In this document: piece by piece, positions 24,976-35,642 of the stretch
Numbering within the stretch: position 1 is the first letter of the stretch
Layout of the letters: each line of letters starts with the position of its first letter
DNA from: Alphaproteobacteria bacterium
Lineage (GTDB): Bacteria; Pseudomonadota; Alphaproteobacteria; UBA2966
Length of the DNA: 64,000 bases
Assembly (NCBI GenBank): GCA_018650465.1
Contig: JABIFY010000103.1
Span: 13,362-77,361 of the forward strand
Reading direction: 5' to 3'
The notes under the pieces: generated by a model
Seen by the model: the letters and a program-made list of their open reading frames with translations, nothing else
The model's database searches: none
What the model was told of the DNA's origin: nothing
Program-made: the position numbers and the translations under genes

Positions 24976-25548
24976 CTACCGAACCTTGAACTCATAATCA
25001 AACCAGGTTCGATCTTGGTCGACCAGGTCATGCAAGGTTGTGCGAACAGAATATTTGCCTGGCTCAAGACCTGTAAAGGTGTAAGTCAAATTCATGTAGA
25101 AATCGAAAGTTGGTGCTCTGCTGTCGATCACCCAACTCTGGAATTTCTTCTGGCCGCCAAGTATCTTGCCACTGGAGTCCATCAGTTCGAAATCAGCCTC
25201 AAAGCCGAACTGCAAAATGTCACCCTCGTGATAGAAAGCGTATCCCATGGGTTCGGCATAAAGCAGTATCGGCTCGTCTACATTGTAAACGTTGTTTTTG
25301 CGAACTGTGAAATTTGCGAAGTTCGGGGCATCTTCAGTCACTGGGTCGAAATAGTGGACAGACAAAGGTGCTTCATTGCTGATCGCCATCATGGCACCGC
25401 GCAAGGCCCTTTGCACATTGATGAAGTCGCCTGCGCCATACTCTTGCTGAGCTTCTTTTACATACTGCCGGAAGTCCTCTGCCTGAGAAGTCGCCGGAGA
25501 TGCCAACAGGAAAAAACCAACCGCCGCTACCAATAAAGTCTTGTACAT
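24976..25548 (-). CDS. Hypothetical secreted/periplasmic protein (signal peptide, no recognised domain)
   Basis: 190 aa, N-terminal MYKTLLVAAVGFFLLASPATSQA signal peptide; convergent with ligA. Confidence 0.5.
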   Translation of the reverse strand: MYKTLLVAAVGFFLLASPATSQAEDFRQYVKEAQQEYGAGDFINVQRALRGAMMAISNEAPLSVHYFDPVTEDAPNFANFTVRKNNVYNVDEPILLYAEPMGYAFYHEGDILQFGFEADFELMDSSGKILGGQKKFQSWVIDSRAPTFDFYMNLTYTFTGLEPGKYSVRTTLHDLVDQDRTWFDYEFKVR

Positions 25549-25914
25549 AAATTTCCCCTCACGCGTCGCGCTGATTGAATATTGAAGTTGGATTTATTGT
25601 AATAACAGGGTATCCGCTTTGACAACCGCAAGTGTGCAATTTGTGAATTTGGCTTTGTTCGAGGCCTTCCGTGGTCTGGCCCTGATCAGCACTTAAAGTC
25701 ATTTCTGTGCAGGCTTCGAATACTGCCTAAATCATTGAATGCATAGCCAAATCCAGTAGGTATGCATTATTTGCAATGCTGCGGTGCAATATAACCATCC
25801 CTTAAATCATTGATATTGTTAGGGTGCAGTGCAATATTCTGCCCAACGAACATCACAACACGATTAACAGGCTCTGGAAGTAACAGGGTCGGGTTATGAC
25901 CCAGGAGAGTAAAA

Positions 25915-26232
25915 ATGAACACGCAACTTTTTCAAATCGCAGACGACGGCAAGCTCTATTATGAGCTCGGTGACGTCACCAAAATGGCTCAGCGCGAGCG
26001 CGCCTTGGCCTTTGCTGAGCTGTTGAAGTTAATCGGCAACAAAATTTCTGGTCTGAGCCAAAAATATGTCGCATGGAACAGCCGTCGCGAGGCAACTGCC
26101 CAGCTGATGAGCCTTGATGACCGTATGCTGGCCGACATCGGCATTGGCCGCGGTGATATCCAGTCTTCAATGGCTGGCCGTATGGTTCAAGATGTTGCCA
26201 ACAGCAACGACCAGGACCGCGACGCAGCCTGA
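25915..26232 (+). CDS. DUF1127 domain-containing small protein
   Basis: 105 aa; C-terminal LDDRMLADIGIGRGDI matches DUF1127 signature; AGGAG RBS. Confidence 0.6.
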   Translation: MNTQLFQIADDGKLYYELGDVTKMAQRERALAFAELLKLIGNKISGLSQKYVAWNSRREATAQLMSLDDRMLADIGIGRGDIQSSMAGRMVQDVANSNDQDRDAA

Positions 26233-26250
26233 ATTACGATACTCAAACAT

Positions 26251-26269
26251 CAGTGATCTTTGGTCACTG
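26251..26269 (+). terminator. Hairpin CAGTGA-tctttgg-TCACTG followed by GT-rich tract, 19 nt after DUF1127 gene stop
   Basis: Seen directly; weak. Confidence 0.3.
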
Positions 26270-26456
26270 GTGTTTGCTGGTGGGTTTCCGGAAGGGTTTT
26301 GCCCTTTTGATCTTTCGTCCTCCCCGATAAAAAGATCCCTGAGCAGGTTTATCCGTCAGGTGTGAAACCGCCAGCACACTTTCTCTCTCAGAGAAAAGTC
26401 AGGGCATCCTGGTTCTTTTGCTGGTTTCGAGAGCTTTTTCACGAAGTGAAATGGCT

Positions 26457-27431
26457 CTATCCGGCCAGAACCAGGATCGTCCATTCTTTCAGACATATCC
26501 GCTTTTCCAGACGAATGCCCTGGGCGGCATAGGCAGCCAGAACATAGCTTTCCTGGCGATCCAGTAGACCGGCCAGGACAACGCGCCCACCGGGCGCCAG
26601 GGATTTGCGGATATCCGGGGCCAGGCGTTTCAAGGGCCTGGCAAGGATATTGGCAAGGATCAGGTCATAGGGACCGCTGCCACGCAGCAGGGGGTGATCA
26701 AAGCCATCTCCGGCAACAAACTTTGTCAGGTCGGCCACGCGGTTCAGTTTGGCATAGTTATTGGCAAAATCTGCGGCAACCGGATCGATATCAATGCCCA
26801 CCACCGGCACCCGCCAGCGCTTGGCCGCGGCAAAAGACAAAATGCCTGAGCCTGCCCCCAGATCTGCAATTTTTTTAAAATTATGCCGCCGGGCCAGATC
26901 ATCCAGGGCCATCAGGCAGCCTTGTGTACTTTGATGATTGCCCGTGCCAAAGGCGCGTCCGGCGTCGATAATAATATCTATGGCCTGATGGCGCGGTACC
27001 ACTGGCTCATGCTGGCCATGTACATGGAAACGTCCAGCCCTCACTGGCGGATGACTGATCAAGGCGGCCTGCACCCAGTCAATACTCTCGACGGGTTCCA
27101 CAGTGATTTCAGGCAGATCAAATTCAAAGGCTGATGCCACCGGTGACAAGACGTCATTCAGGGCCGGGATACTCGGCTCGTCTGCACACAGGGCTTCAAT
27201 GCGCCACAAACGATCCGGTTTTTCTTCCGCATTGGGGTCCAGAGGCACGGTGGAGTAGGCTTCAATACCCGTGATCCAGTCGTCGGCTTCGTGACCGGGG
27301 GCACCCAGGGCTGGTCCCAGGATTTCTTCACAGGCATTCAAGGCGCGGGCTTGAACGGTCAGGCTGACGCGCCACAAACCCAGATCGTCGTCGCTGTCCT
27401 TGCTGAAATTCAGCAGCGATGTGTTACTCAT
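26457..27431 (-). CDS. prmA: Ribosomal protein L11 methyltransferase PrmA
   Basis: 324 aa; SAM-binding DLGAGSGILS motif; typical PrmA N-terminal domain. Confidence 0.85.
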   Translation of the reverse strand: MSNTSLLNFSKDSDDDLGLWRVSLTVQARALNACEEILGPALGAPGHEADDWITGIEAYSTVPLDPNAEEKPDRLWRIEALCADEPSIPALNDVLSPVASAFEFDLPEITVEPVESIDWVQAALISHPPVRAGRFHVHGQHEPVVPRHQAIDIIIDAGRAFGTGNHQSTQGCLMALDDLARRHNFKKIADLGAGSGILSFAAAKRWRVPVVGIDIDPVAADFANNYAKLNRVADLTKFVAGDGFDHPLLRGSGPYDLILANILARPLKRLAPDIRKSLAPGGRVVLAGLLDRQESYVLAAYAAQGIRLEKRICLKEWTILVLAG

Positions 27432-29728
27432 GCAGACTCCACAAACTGATCAATTACTTTTTTGGTACCGGCCTTGTCGAAGGAGATTTCCAGGCGATTG
27501 CCGGAAACGCTCAGGATAAGACCATAACCAAATTTCTGGTGAAAGACCCGCCCGCCCGGAGCAAAAGTTGACTCCGCACTATCTGTTTCCACGTGTTGCG
27601 CCTTGCCATCAATGACCATGCCATCATTATTTACACCGCGCCGGAACCGGCCTTTGCGCGCACCAAAGTCACCCGGAATATTGAAAGGGATAGCGGTGTC
27701 TTTGACTTCACTTTCATAGGCGTTTTCGCCACTGCCATAGACCCCCGCATCGGACAATACATCTATATGGTCTGGCGGCAGTTCATCAACAAAGCGGCTG
27801 GGCAGGTTTGCATTCCACTGGTTGAAGACCCGGCGATTGGCGGCGAAGGTTATGGTTGCCAGTTTGCGGGCGCGGGTTATGCCCACATGGGCAAGCCTGC
27901 GCTCTTCTTCCAGGGCCGTGGTGCCACCTTCATCCAGGGCACGTTGGTGGGGAAACAATCCTTCTTCCCAGCCAGGCAGGAACACAGCATCGAATTCCAG
28001 ACCTTTGGCCCCGTGCAGGGTCATCAGGGAAACCATTTCATCTGCCGAAGAATTTTCATTGTCCATCACAAGACTGACATGTTCCAGGTATTCGTCCAGA
28101 TTCTCAAATTCTTCCAGGGCGTGGATCAGTTCCTTCAGGTTCTCCAGACGGGTTGGCGCCTTGGGGTCTTTGTCGGCTTGCCACATGTCGGTATAGCCGC
28201 TTTCCTCCAGAATGGTTTCTACCAGATCGGGATGGGGCAGGTCAGCGCGGGTTTTGCGCCAGCGATCAAAGTTCTCCATCAGGGTCGCCAGACTGCGACG
28301 GGCCTGGGGGCGCAATTCATCTGTGGTGACGATTTCGGAAGCGGCCTGGGTTAGTGACATGCCGGCGTGGCGGGCATATTGCTGCACGGTTTGAAAAGCT
28401 TTGGTGCCCAGACTGCGCTTGGGCACGTTGAAAATACGTTCAAAAGCCAGATCATCGTCGGGCTGCACCAGAACCCTCAGGTAGGCATTGGCGTCGCGGA
28501 TTTCCTTGTTCTCGTAGAAGCGCTGGCCCCCGACGACCCGATAGGGCATGCCCAGCGACAAAAAACGCTCTTCAAATTCGCGGGTCTGGAAACTGGCGCG
28601 CACCAGAATGGCGATCTCATCCAGCGAGACCTTGCGGCTTTGCAGCAGCTCAATTTCTTCGGCCACGACGCGGGCTTCTTCGGCCCCGTCCCAGACGCCG
28701 CGCACGCGGACCTTTTCGCCCTCGTTGACTTGTGTCCACAAGGTCTTGCCCATGCGGCTTTCGTTTTTCGAAATAATGCCGGAGGCGGCGGCCAGAATAT
28801 GCGGGGTGGAGCGATAATTTTGCTCCAGGCGGATGACCTTTGCCCCTTCAAAATCCTTTTCAAAGCGCAATATATTGCCCACCTCAGCCCCGCGCCAGCC
28901 ATAGATGGACTGGTCGTCATCGCCGACGCAACAAATGTTGTGATGCTTCTGGGCCAACAGGCGCAGCCAGAGATATTGCGCCACGTTGGCGTCCTGATAC
29001 TCGTCGACCAGAATATATCGAAAGCGCTGCTGGTATTCGGCGAGGATATCACTGTGCTTGCGGAAGATAGTCAGACAATGCAGCAACAAATCGCCAAAAT
29101 CAGCGGCATTCAGCGCCACCAGGCGCTCCTGATAGGCCGCATACAATGCCTGCCCCTTGCCAAAGGCAAAATCCCCGGCGTCACTGGCTGTGACCCGGTC
29201 CGGTGTGTGGCCCTGGTCTTTCCAGCGGTCGATGATGGCGGCCAGATTACGGGCAGGGGCCTTTTTGTCATCAAGCCCCGCGGCCTCGATCACCTGTTTC
29301 ATCAGGCGGATCTGATCGTCCCGGTCCAGAATTGTGAAGTTGGGTTTCAGGCCCACCAGCTCGGCATGGCGTCGCAAAATGCGCACGCCCATGGCATGAA
29401 AAGTGCCCAGCCACAGGGATTCCACGGGTTGTTGCAGGGCGCTTTCCACCCGTTCCTTCATTTGCTTTGAGGCCTTGTTGGTAAAGGTCACGGCTAGCAC
29501 TTCATAGGGCCGCGCCCGGCCCGTGTGCAGGATGTGGGCCAGGCGCGTTGTCAGCACACGTGTCTTGCCCGTGCCCGCACCCGCCAACACCAGCACCGGC
29601 CCATCCACAGCCTCCACCGCCTCGCGCTGCACATCATTCAACCCGGCAAGATAAGGCGGCGGCCCGGCATCAGCGCCCCTCAAGGGTGTGGCAGGCTCAA
29701 AATCGGAAAGGTCAAAGGGATCGGACAT
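27428..29728 (-). CDS. uvrD: ATP-dependent DNA helicase UvrD/PcrA family (SF1)
   Basis: 766 aa; Walker A GAGTGKTRVL; helicase motifs throughout; 4-nt overlap with prmA start. Confidence 0.9.
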   Translation of the reverse strand: MSDPFDLSDFEPATPLRGADAGPPPYLAGLNDVQREAVEAVDGPVLVLAGAGTGKTRVLTTRLAHILHTGRARPYEVLAVTFTNKASKQMKERVESALQQPVESLWLGTFHAMGVRILRRHAELVGLKPNFTILDRDDQIRLMKQVIEAAGLDDKKAPARNLAAIIDRWKDQGHTPDRVTASDAGDFAFGKGQALYAAYQERLVALNAADFGDLLLHCLTIFRKHSDILAEYQQRFRYILVDEYQDANVAQYLWLRLLAQKHHNICCVGDDDQSIYGWRGAEVGNILRFEKDFEGAKVIRLEQNYRSTPHILAAASGIISKNESRMGKTLWTQVNEGEKVRVRGVWDGAEEARVVAEEIELLQSRKVSLDEIAILVRASFQTREFEERFLSLGMPYRVVGGQRFYENKEIRDANAYLRVLVQPDDDLAFERIFNVPKRSLGTKAFQTVQQYARHAGMSLTQAASEIVTTDELRPQARRSLATLMENFDRWRKTRADLPHPDLVETILEESGYTDMWQADKDPKAPTRLENLKELIHALEEFENLDEYLEHVSLVMDNENSSADEMVSLMTLHGAKGLEFDAVFLPGWEEGLFPHQRALDEGGTTALEEERRLAHVGITRARKLATITFAANRRVFNQWNANLPSRFVDELPPDHIDVLSDAGVYGSGENAYESEVKDTAIPFNIPGDFGARKGRFRRGVNNDGMVIDGKAQHVETDSAESTFAPGGRVFHQKFGYGLILSVSGNRLEISFDKAGTKKVIDQFVESA

Positions 29729-29835
29729 GTGTTGATTGGGGTATTTCTGGAATTGAGATTATTGGAGCTTGAAACCAGACGCAACGGTGCCTGTTTGACC
29801 GGAAACTACCCTATCCAATCGGCAATTCAAACTCT

Positions 29836-32800
29836 CTATTGCTTGAACAAACCCTTCAATAAGCCCTTCACAGCATCTTTTGCCTTCAAAGGCTGTTGCG
29901 GCTGTTGCTGGACAGGCTGCGCAGGCGGCTCGTTCGATGAGGGCTGTGGTTGTGTGGTGGGCTGTTGGTTGCCACCACTGGTTGGCAGCAACTGATCCAG
30001 ACCCTTGACCTTGTTACCGAGGAACTTGCGCACCAGGGTTTTGCCAACGCGGCTGGCCACATAGTTTTCCAGGTCACGGCTTTTGATATTGCGCCGGGGG
30101 TTATCCAGCGGGCCGCGCAGTTCCAGACCAATGGGCGGGGCTTTGGGGTGTTCGGTCAGGCGGAAGGTGGCGGCCATATCCAGGACCCAGCGCGGCAGGT
30201 CAATGACGGCGGTACCCGCACCGGCACCTGCTTCCAGGTCGGCCTTCAAATCATTGCTGCGAGCGACACCATTTTTGATGATGAAGTTGCCGCCGAGACT
30301 GGTGTAATTTGTCTGGCCACCGCTCATGGAGGACTGGATCAGATTTAGAAAATCGCGGGTCCGGTCCAGTTCAGTCATATTGGCACTCAGGCGTTTCAGG
30401 TCGACACCCTTGACGATACCGCTTTCCGAGGAAAATGACGTCGTGCCCGAGAGCCTGGAGACCATGTCGCGCTGGCTGTGGCCACGGGTGGCAAACTTGC
30501 CATCAATGCGCACAGTGCCGGTGGCGGCATCGATCTGGGCCGCTTCCATCAAGGCTTTTTTCAGGTTACCGCCGGTGACAGCCAGGGCCAGATCAACGGC
30601 AGGGACCTGATCATCCGCAACACGGGCCGACAGGGTTACCTCGCCATCGAATAATTTGCCGCGCAAAGGATCGATGCGCAGGACACCGTCTTTCAAAATG
30701 GCGGTCACACTGGGCTGCACAAACTGATAAGTGCCATAAATAATGCCAGGGGCCGTCAGGCTGATATTCATGTCGGCACTGCGCAAGGCACTGAGGTCAA
30801 TGGGGTCGGATGACCAGCGTTCAACGCCTTTGCCTGAAGAATTGCTGGCGGCACCCGAACCAGCGCCCCCGCCGTTCGAGCTTCGCGGCAAGAAAAGATC
30901 AACAAAGATTTCACTGGTCTGCAATTCGGCCGCAATGGACGGACGCTGTCCCGCAAAGGATGCGGCTGCCGTGCCCTTCAACGCGAGGGGGCCAAAATTA
31001 CCCTTCAAATTTTTAATGCCGATGGTTTGAGCATCACCGGAAAGGTCGGCCTGCAAGGTGAGGGCGCCAAAGTTTCGCCCCGCCGGGGTGTAATCAACGC
31101 CCAGGCCCCGCAAAAACCCGGTTGCACTGGGGTGCCCTGCGGACAGGGCGAGGGTAAAGCCGGGTCCGGCCAGCGGCTTCAGTTTGCCGGCCGCCGTAAT
31201 TCGGGATTTCCCTAAACCAACCTTCAGGTCCACGTTAACCACACTCAGATCACCAGCGATCTTGCCGGTCAGGCCAAGCGGGCCGTCTTCGCCGCCGGGG
31301 GCCAGGTGAAATGATGGATCAAATGTTTGCCACAAGGTGACGTAGCTTTTGTTACTGGCCTTGATACCAAGATCAAGGCGGGGGCCGGCACCATCCATGG
31401 CCACATTGCCCTTTAGCGCCGTTGAGGTGCGCGCTGCCAAAATTGTCAGGTCAACCGCAATGGCCTCGCCACTGCCTTTGATGTGACCTGCCGCATGAAA
31501 TTTGCCAAGTTTTGAGGCCGGAACTGGCAGCGTAATACCAACCAGGCGCGTCAGGCCCTGAACATTGTCTGCCTGTAGGTCAAGCCTGCCATCGACAACC
31601 GGTTTGCTATCCAGGCCGCTGGCCTTGCCCTGAAAGGCGAATTTGGCGCCGCCCAGATCGTCAGTGCGAATATTGCGCACGGTAAGTTCGCCGGCCATCA
31701 GCCCCACATCAATCAAGGCACCTTTGATGGAAACGCCATTGGCGGTGAACTTCTTGACGGCCAATTTCAAATTCGCATCAAAGCTGTTCAGCATTTCAGC
31801 CGCATCAGGCGGTAATCTGCCAAACTGCGGTGCCATCAAGGCACCGGTTGCTGCCTTGGGCTTTTCCGCTGTTGCCTGCTTTTTTTGGTAAACATCCAGG
31901 TTCAGCTGGTCGACTTCAAAATCCACACTGAAGGCAGGGCGCTTGCGAAAGGCATAGGCCGCACCGCCGGTCAGGTTTGTGGAATCCAGACGCAGATCGA
32001 TGCCATAGACTTCAGCCAGTTTTGGTGTGGCCCGCACCGTGGCTGACAAGGAAGAAGAGCGCAGGCGATCCGACGGCACACTGGAGATATCGGCACCAAC
32101 CCAGTCGAGAAAGCCACGTAGATTATCAGCTGAGGCCCGCACAGCCCCTTCAAATTGCGGCAGATTGTTTTTGGCCTGAATATTACCAACCAGATCAACA
32201 TTTGCCCCGCCCGGCAAATGGGCGGCGATCTTTTCAATATTCACGATGCTCTTGGAAATGGATGCGACGGCTTCGACCTGGCGAATGGCGCTGCCTTTCC
32301 AGGTAATACCACTGACGGTCAGGGCTGCGGTGCCTGAAACGTCAGACGGAATGGCAAAGGCGGCGGCATCTTTTGTTGTCGCCGTCGCTGCAGTATTGGC
32401 TGAAGATGGTTTTTCCGGTGCAGATTGCAGCCAGGTATCCATGTTCACCCGGTTGACGTCCAGGGCCAGATCAATGTTCAGGGCATTAGCAAAATCAACC
32501 GAGATCGCACCCGCCGCCGTTGTTTCGCCAATTTTGGTGACGATATTGTTGAAAGCGGCAGATTTGGCGCTGGCCTCCAGATCGCCGTTGAGGGACAGCT
32601 TTTGCTTGAGCGCTGGCAATTCCGGTATTTCAGAGCCGATAACCGGCTTCAGGGCCTGGATCAGGGTCAGGGCATCAGGGGCGGCGACTGCCAGCTTGCC
32701 CTTCAGGGTACCATCCGCACTGGCCTGGCTCAGGCTGCCTTTGAAGGACAGGGTGCCGGCCCCATTGGCCAGACCCAGGGCCAGATTGAGCGGTAGGGGC

Positions 32801-33432
32801 CCACCGGTATTCAGGGCACCTGTTGTGAGATCAAATGTTGTTGTCAGTTTGCGGGCCGTCAGGCGACCGGTTGCCTTGAAGGGGCCTTGCAAGGATCCAG
32901 CAGACAGTTTGGCGCTTAAACCTTCGACGGTTTGATTTGTCCCGGATTTGGCATCGATATAGCTGAGTTTGGCATCTTCGATGACCAGGCTATCGAGGCT
33001 GAGGTCAGTACTGCCTTCGCTGTCGCTGCTACTGCTGCTGCCGCCGGTACTAAAATCGTAATTAGCCTTGCCGTCGGCACTGACTTCAATGGAAATTACC
33101 GGCTTCGAGACCCGGACGCGCTTGATCTGGATTTCACCGCTTAACAAGGGGATCAGGGCAACGTCGACTTCCAGCTTGCCGATTGTGACCATCTCGGGTG
33201 CCGATGCACCCTTCATGTTGGCCAGGCGTAATCGACTGACTTGCAAGGCTGGTGTGGGCAGGATCGTAAAGCCGATGTCACCGTCAATGGCCAACCGCCG
33301 ACCTGTGGCTTCCTGCGCCCTGGCTGTGATTTCAGATTTGTAGTCGTTCCAGTTAATAAAGCCAGGGACCACCAGGGCCGCCCCAAGTGCCAGGATAACC
33401 AGACCAACGACGATAAATAACGCCTTTTTCAC
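29836..33432 (-). CDS. AsmA-family outer-membrane biogenesis protein (giant, 1198 aa) with Pro/Gln-rich C-terminal tail
   Basis: GTG start with AAAGAGG RBS; N-terminal TM anchor and AsmA-like N-domain; C-terminal QPQPSSNEPPAQPVQQQPQQP low-complexity tail. Confidence 0.8.
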   Translation of the reverse strand: MKKALFIVVGLVILALGAALVVPGFINWNDYKSEITARAQEATGRRLAIDGDIGFTILPTPALQVSRLRLANMKGASAPEMVTIGKLEVDVALIPLLSGEIQIKRVRVSKPVISIEVSADGKANYDFSTGGSSSSSDSEGSTDLSLDSLVIEDAKLSYIDAKSGTNQTVEGLSAKLSAGSLQGPFKATGRLTARKLTTTFDLTTGALNTGGPLPLNLALGLANGAGTLSFKGSLSQASADGTLKGKLAVAAPDALTLIQALKPVIGSEIPELPALKQKLSLNGDLEASAKSAAFNNIVTKIGETTAAGAISVDFANALNIDLALDVNRVNMDTWLQSAPEKPSSANTAATATTKDAAAFAIPSDVSGTAALTVSGITWKGSAIRQVEAVASISKSIVNIEKIAAHLPGGANVDLVGNIQAKNNLPQFEGAVRASADNLRGFLDWVGADISSVPSDRLRSSSLSATVRATPKLAEVYGIDLRLDSTNLTGGAAYAFRKRPAFSVDFEVDQLNLDVYQKKQATAEKPKAATGALMAPQFGRLPPDAAEMLNSFDANLKLAVKKFTANGVSIKGALIDVGLMAGELTVRNIRTDDLGGAKFAFQGKASGLDSKPVVDGRLDLQADNVQGLTRLVGITLPVPASKLGKFHAAGHIKGSGEAIAVDLTILAARTSTALKGNVAMDGAGPRLDLGIKASNKSYVTLWQTFDPSFHLAPGGEDGPLGLTGKIAGDLSVVNVDLKVGLGKSRITAAGKLKPLAGPGFTLALSAGHPSATGFLRGLGVDYTPAGRNFGALTLQADLSGDAQTIGIKNLKGNFGPLALKGTAAASFAGQRPSIAAELQTSEIFVDLFLPRSSNGGGAGSGAASNSSGKGVERWSSDPIDLSALRSADMNISLTAPGIIYGTYQFVQPSVTAILKDGVLRIDPLRGKLFDGEVTLSARVADDQVPAVDLALAVTGGNLKKALMEAAQIDAATGTVRIDGKFATRGHSQRDMVSRLSGTTSFSSESGIVKGVDLKRLSANMTELDRTRDFLNLIQSSMSGGQTNYTSLGGNFIIKNGVARSNDLKADLEAGAGAGTAVIDLPRWVLDMAATFRLTEHPKAPPIGLELRGPLDNPRRNIKSRDLENYVASRVGKTLVRKFLGNKVKGLDQLLPTSGGNQQPTTQPQPSSNEPPAQPVQQQPQQPLKAKDAVKGLLKGLFKQ

Positions 33433-33542
33433 AGCAGCCTCTTTAAGTATTCTAATCAGGTGTGCAGCATAGCCTGAATCAGGCCGCTATAAAAACGCCC
33501 GATGGTAATTCATCTGGCGAACAGGATAAGTTGATCAATGCC

Positions 33543-33740
33543 ATGACCGAAATCACCAACCTGAACAAATTCCGCAAAGGCAAAAAGCGCGCCGACAAAC
33601 AACGCCAAGCCGCAGAAAACCGCGTCTCACATGGCCGCACGAAAGTTGAAAAAGCACTGGATCAGACAGAAAAACAGGGTGAGGCCAGCAAGCTGGATGG
33701 CCACAAACTGGATCAACCAGGTCCTAATTCATCGAAATGA
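33543..33740 (+). CDS. DUF4169 family small basic protein
   Basis: 65 aa from ATG 33543 (ORF 33462..33740); NLNKFRKGKKRADKQRQAAENRVSHGRTKVEKAL matches DUF4169 pattern; 17-nt convergent overlap with next gene. Confidence 0.5.
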   Translation: MTEITNLNKFRKGKKRADKQRQAAENRVSHGRTKVEKALDQTEKQGEASKLDGHKLDQPGPNSSK

Positions 33741-35133
33741 TTTTGCCGGGGTTCATGATGTTGTCGGGGTCCAGGGTCTTTTTGATGGCGCGCATGACGG
33801 CGATGCCTTCGCCGTGTTCGCGTTCCATATAGGCAATTTTTCCGAGACCCACGCCGTGTTCACCGGTGCAGGTGCCGTCCATGGCCAGGGCACGGTCGAT
33901 CAGGCGACCGTTTAGTTTTTGGGCTTCGGCCATTTCTTCCGGCTTGTCGGGGTCAATGATGAAGCACAGGTGGAAATTTCCGTCACCCACATGACCGACC
34001 AAAGGCGCTGGCATCGAGGCGGTTTCAAGATCTTTTTTGGTCTCGTGGATGCACTCAGCGAGACGGGAGATCGGCACGCAAACATCTGTGGCCCACAGTA
34101 CACAGCCCGGTCGCAAGGCCCCGCAGGAATGGGCGGCATCATGACGGGCCTGCCACAGTTTGCTGCGGTCTTCTGTGCTGGTGGCAAACTGGAAGTCGCC
34201 GCCGCCATTTTCCGAGGCCATGTCCTGGACCATCTCGGCCTGTTCCTTGACGGCATGGTCCGAGCCATGGAATTCGAGGAAGAGGGTTGATTTGACGGGG
34301 TAATCAAGACCGGAATATTTGTTGATGGCATCCATCTGCACATCATCCAGCAATTCGATGCGGGCCATGGGAATACCGATCTGGATGGTTTGAATAACAG
34401 TATCGACAGCCCCTTCCAGAGTATCAAAGGTGCAAACTGCTGCCGATATGGCTTCCGGAATACCATACAGGCGCAAGGTCACTTCGGTAATAATACCCAA
34501 GGTACCTTCCGAGCCAACCATCAAGCGGGTCAGGTCATAACCGGCGGAAGATTTGCGTGCACGCCTGGCCGTGCGCACGATACGACCATCCGCCATCACC
34601 ACGGTCAGGGACAATACATTTTCCCGCATGGTGCCATAACGCACGGCATTGGTGCCCGACGCCCGGGTGGCCGTCATGCCGCCCAACGATGCATCAGCAC
34701 CTGGGTCGACAGGGAAAAACAGGCCCATGTCCCGCAGGTGTTCGTTCAGTTGTTTGCGGGTCACACCGGGTTGCAGGGTGACGTCCATATCTTCCTGGCC
34801 TACCCGCAAGATTTCATTCATGTTGCTGACGTCAACGCAAATCCCGCCGTGCACGGCTGCGATGTGACCTTCCAGCGACGTGCCGGTGCCAAAGGCGATG
34901 ATCGGTGTTTTATTGCGGGCACAAATGCGCACGATGGCCGCGACTTCTTCTGTACTTTCAGCGAAGGCAACAGCGTCCGGGGCTTGCATTGGGTGATGCG
35001 ACAAATCCTTGCCGTGATGTTCGCGTACGGCCATAGCCGTCGACAAGCGATCGCCGATCAAGCCCTGGATTTCTTCGATGGTGGCAGCAACGCCAGAGGA
35101 TACGCTTTGCACAGACATTATATGTTCAGCCAT
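33724..35133 (-). CDS. FAD-binding oxidoreductase (FAD-linked oxidase, D-2-hydroxyacid/D-lactate dehydrogenase-like)
   Basis: PCMH-type FAD-binding domain plus C-terminal FAD-oxidase domain; ORF 33724..35190 begins with TTG; ATG 35133 or 35118 more likely. Confidence 0.8.
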   Translation of the reverse strand: MAEHIMSVQSVSSGVAATIEEIQGLIGDRLSTAMAVREHHGKDLSHHPMQAPDAVAFAESTEEVAAIVRICARNKTPIIAFGTGTSLEGHIAAVHGGICVDVSNMNEILRVGQEDMDVTLQPGVTRKQLNEHLRDMGLFFPVDPGADASLGGMTATRASGTNAVRYGTMRENVLSLTVVMADGRIVRTARRARKSSAGYDLTRLMVGSEGTLGIITEVTLRLYGIPEAISAAVCTFDTLEGAVDTVIQTIQIGIPMARIELLDDVQMDAINKYSGLDYPVKSTLFLEFHGSDHAVKEQAEMVQDMASENGGGDFQFATSTEDRSKLWQARHDAAHSCGALRPGCVLWATDVCVPISRLAECIHETKKDLETASMPAPLVGHVGDGNFHLCFIIDPDKPEEMAEAQKLNGRLIDRALAMDGTCTGEHGVGLGKIAYMEREHGEGIAVMRAIKKTLDPDNIMNPGKIISMN

Positions 35134-35296
35134 TTTGTGTGGAATTCCAGACAGGAAGGTAGACCTCAGGGGGCGGGTCGGCAAGTGCAATCGGCTTTTG
35201 CGCGGTCCGGGCGATGTGCGTTTGAGGCTCGAAACCTCAGGCTAAAAGTGATATTGAAATTGCCAGCAAGTTCCTGAATTCAGAAAGGCCTTCGAT

Positions 35297-35605
35297 ATGA
35301 TCTGTGAAATCGTCCGCTTTGCGGTCAAACCCGGTACAACCCGCGAAGATGTCCTGGCGGATGCCCGAACTGTGGCCGAACGCTGGCAGGGCGAGACGGA
35401 ACTCGTGCGAAAGCACTTTCTGTTTGATGGCGATCAAGACGTCCGCGGCGTTTATTTCTGGCACAGCCGGGAAGCAGCGGATGCGGCGCACAACGACGTG
35501 TGGCGGCAACGGTGTAAGGATGTACACGGCAGCACCCCCATCATCGAATATTTCGATACGGTCATGATTGTCGACAACACAGATGGCAGTGTAACCGAGT
35601 ACTGA
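35297..35605 (+). CDS. Small ferredoxin-fold protein, putative YdhR/ABM-type monooxygenase-like
   Basis: 102 aa; size and alternating pattern reminiscent of ABM/YdhR fold; weak assignment. Confidence 0.4.
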   Translation: MICEIVRFAVKPGTTREDVLADARTVAERWQGETELVRKHFLFDGDQDVRGVYFWHSREAADAAHNDVWRQRCKDVHGSTPIIEYFDTVMIVDNTDGSVTEY

Positions 35606-35642
35606 AGCGGCGCTTGCAGATATCGACCTGCCGTCCCTGAGA

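Noticed and set aside
25760-25840. Possible sigma-54 (-24/-12) promoter in DUF1127 leader
   Set aside because: GG and GC dinucleotides are not at the required 10-nt spacing; motif is better described as repeated GTGCAATAT boxes
28367-29470. 367-aa ORF on plus strand
   Set aside because: Entirely antisense to uvrD, GC-rich frame without stops, no recognisable motifs; typical spurious shadow ORF
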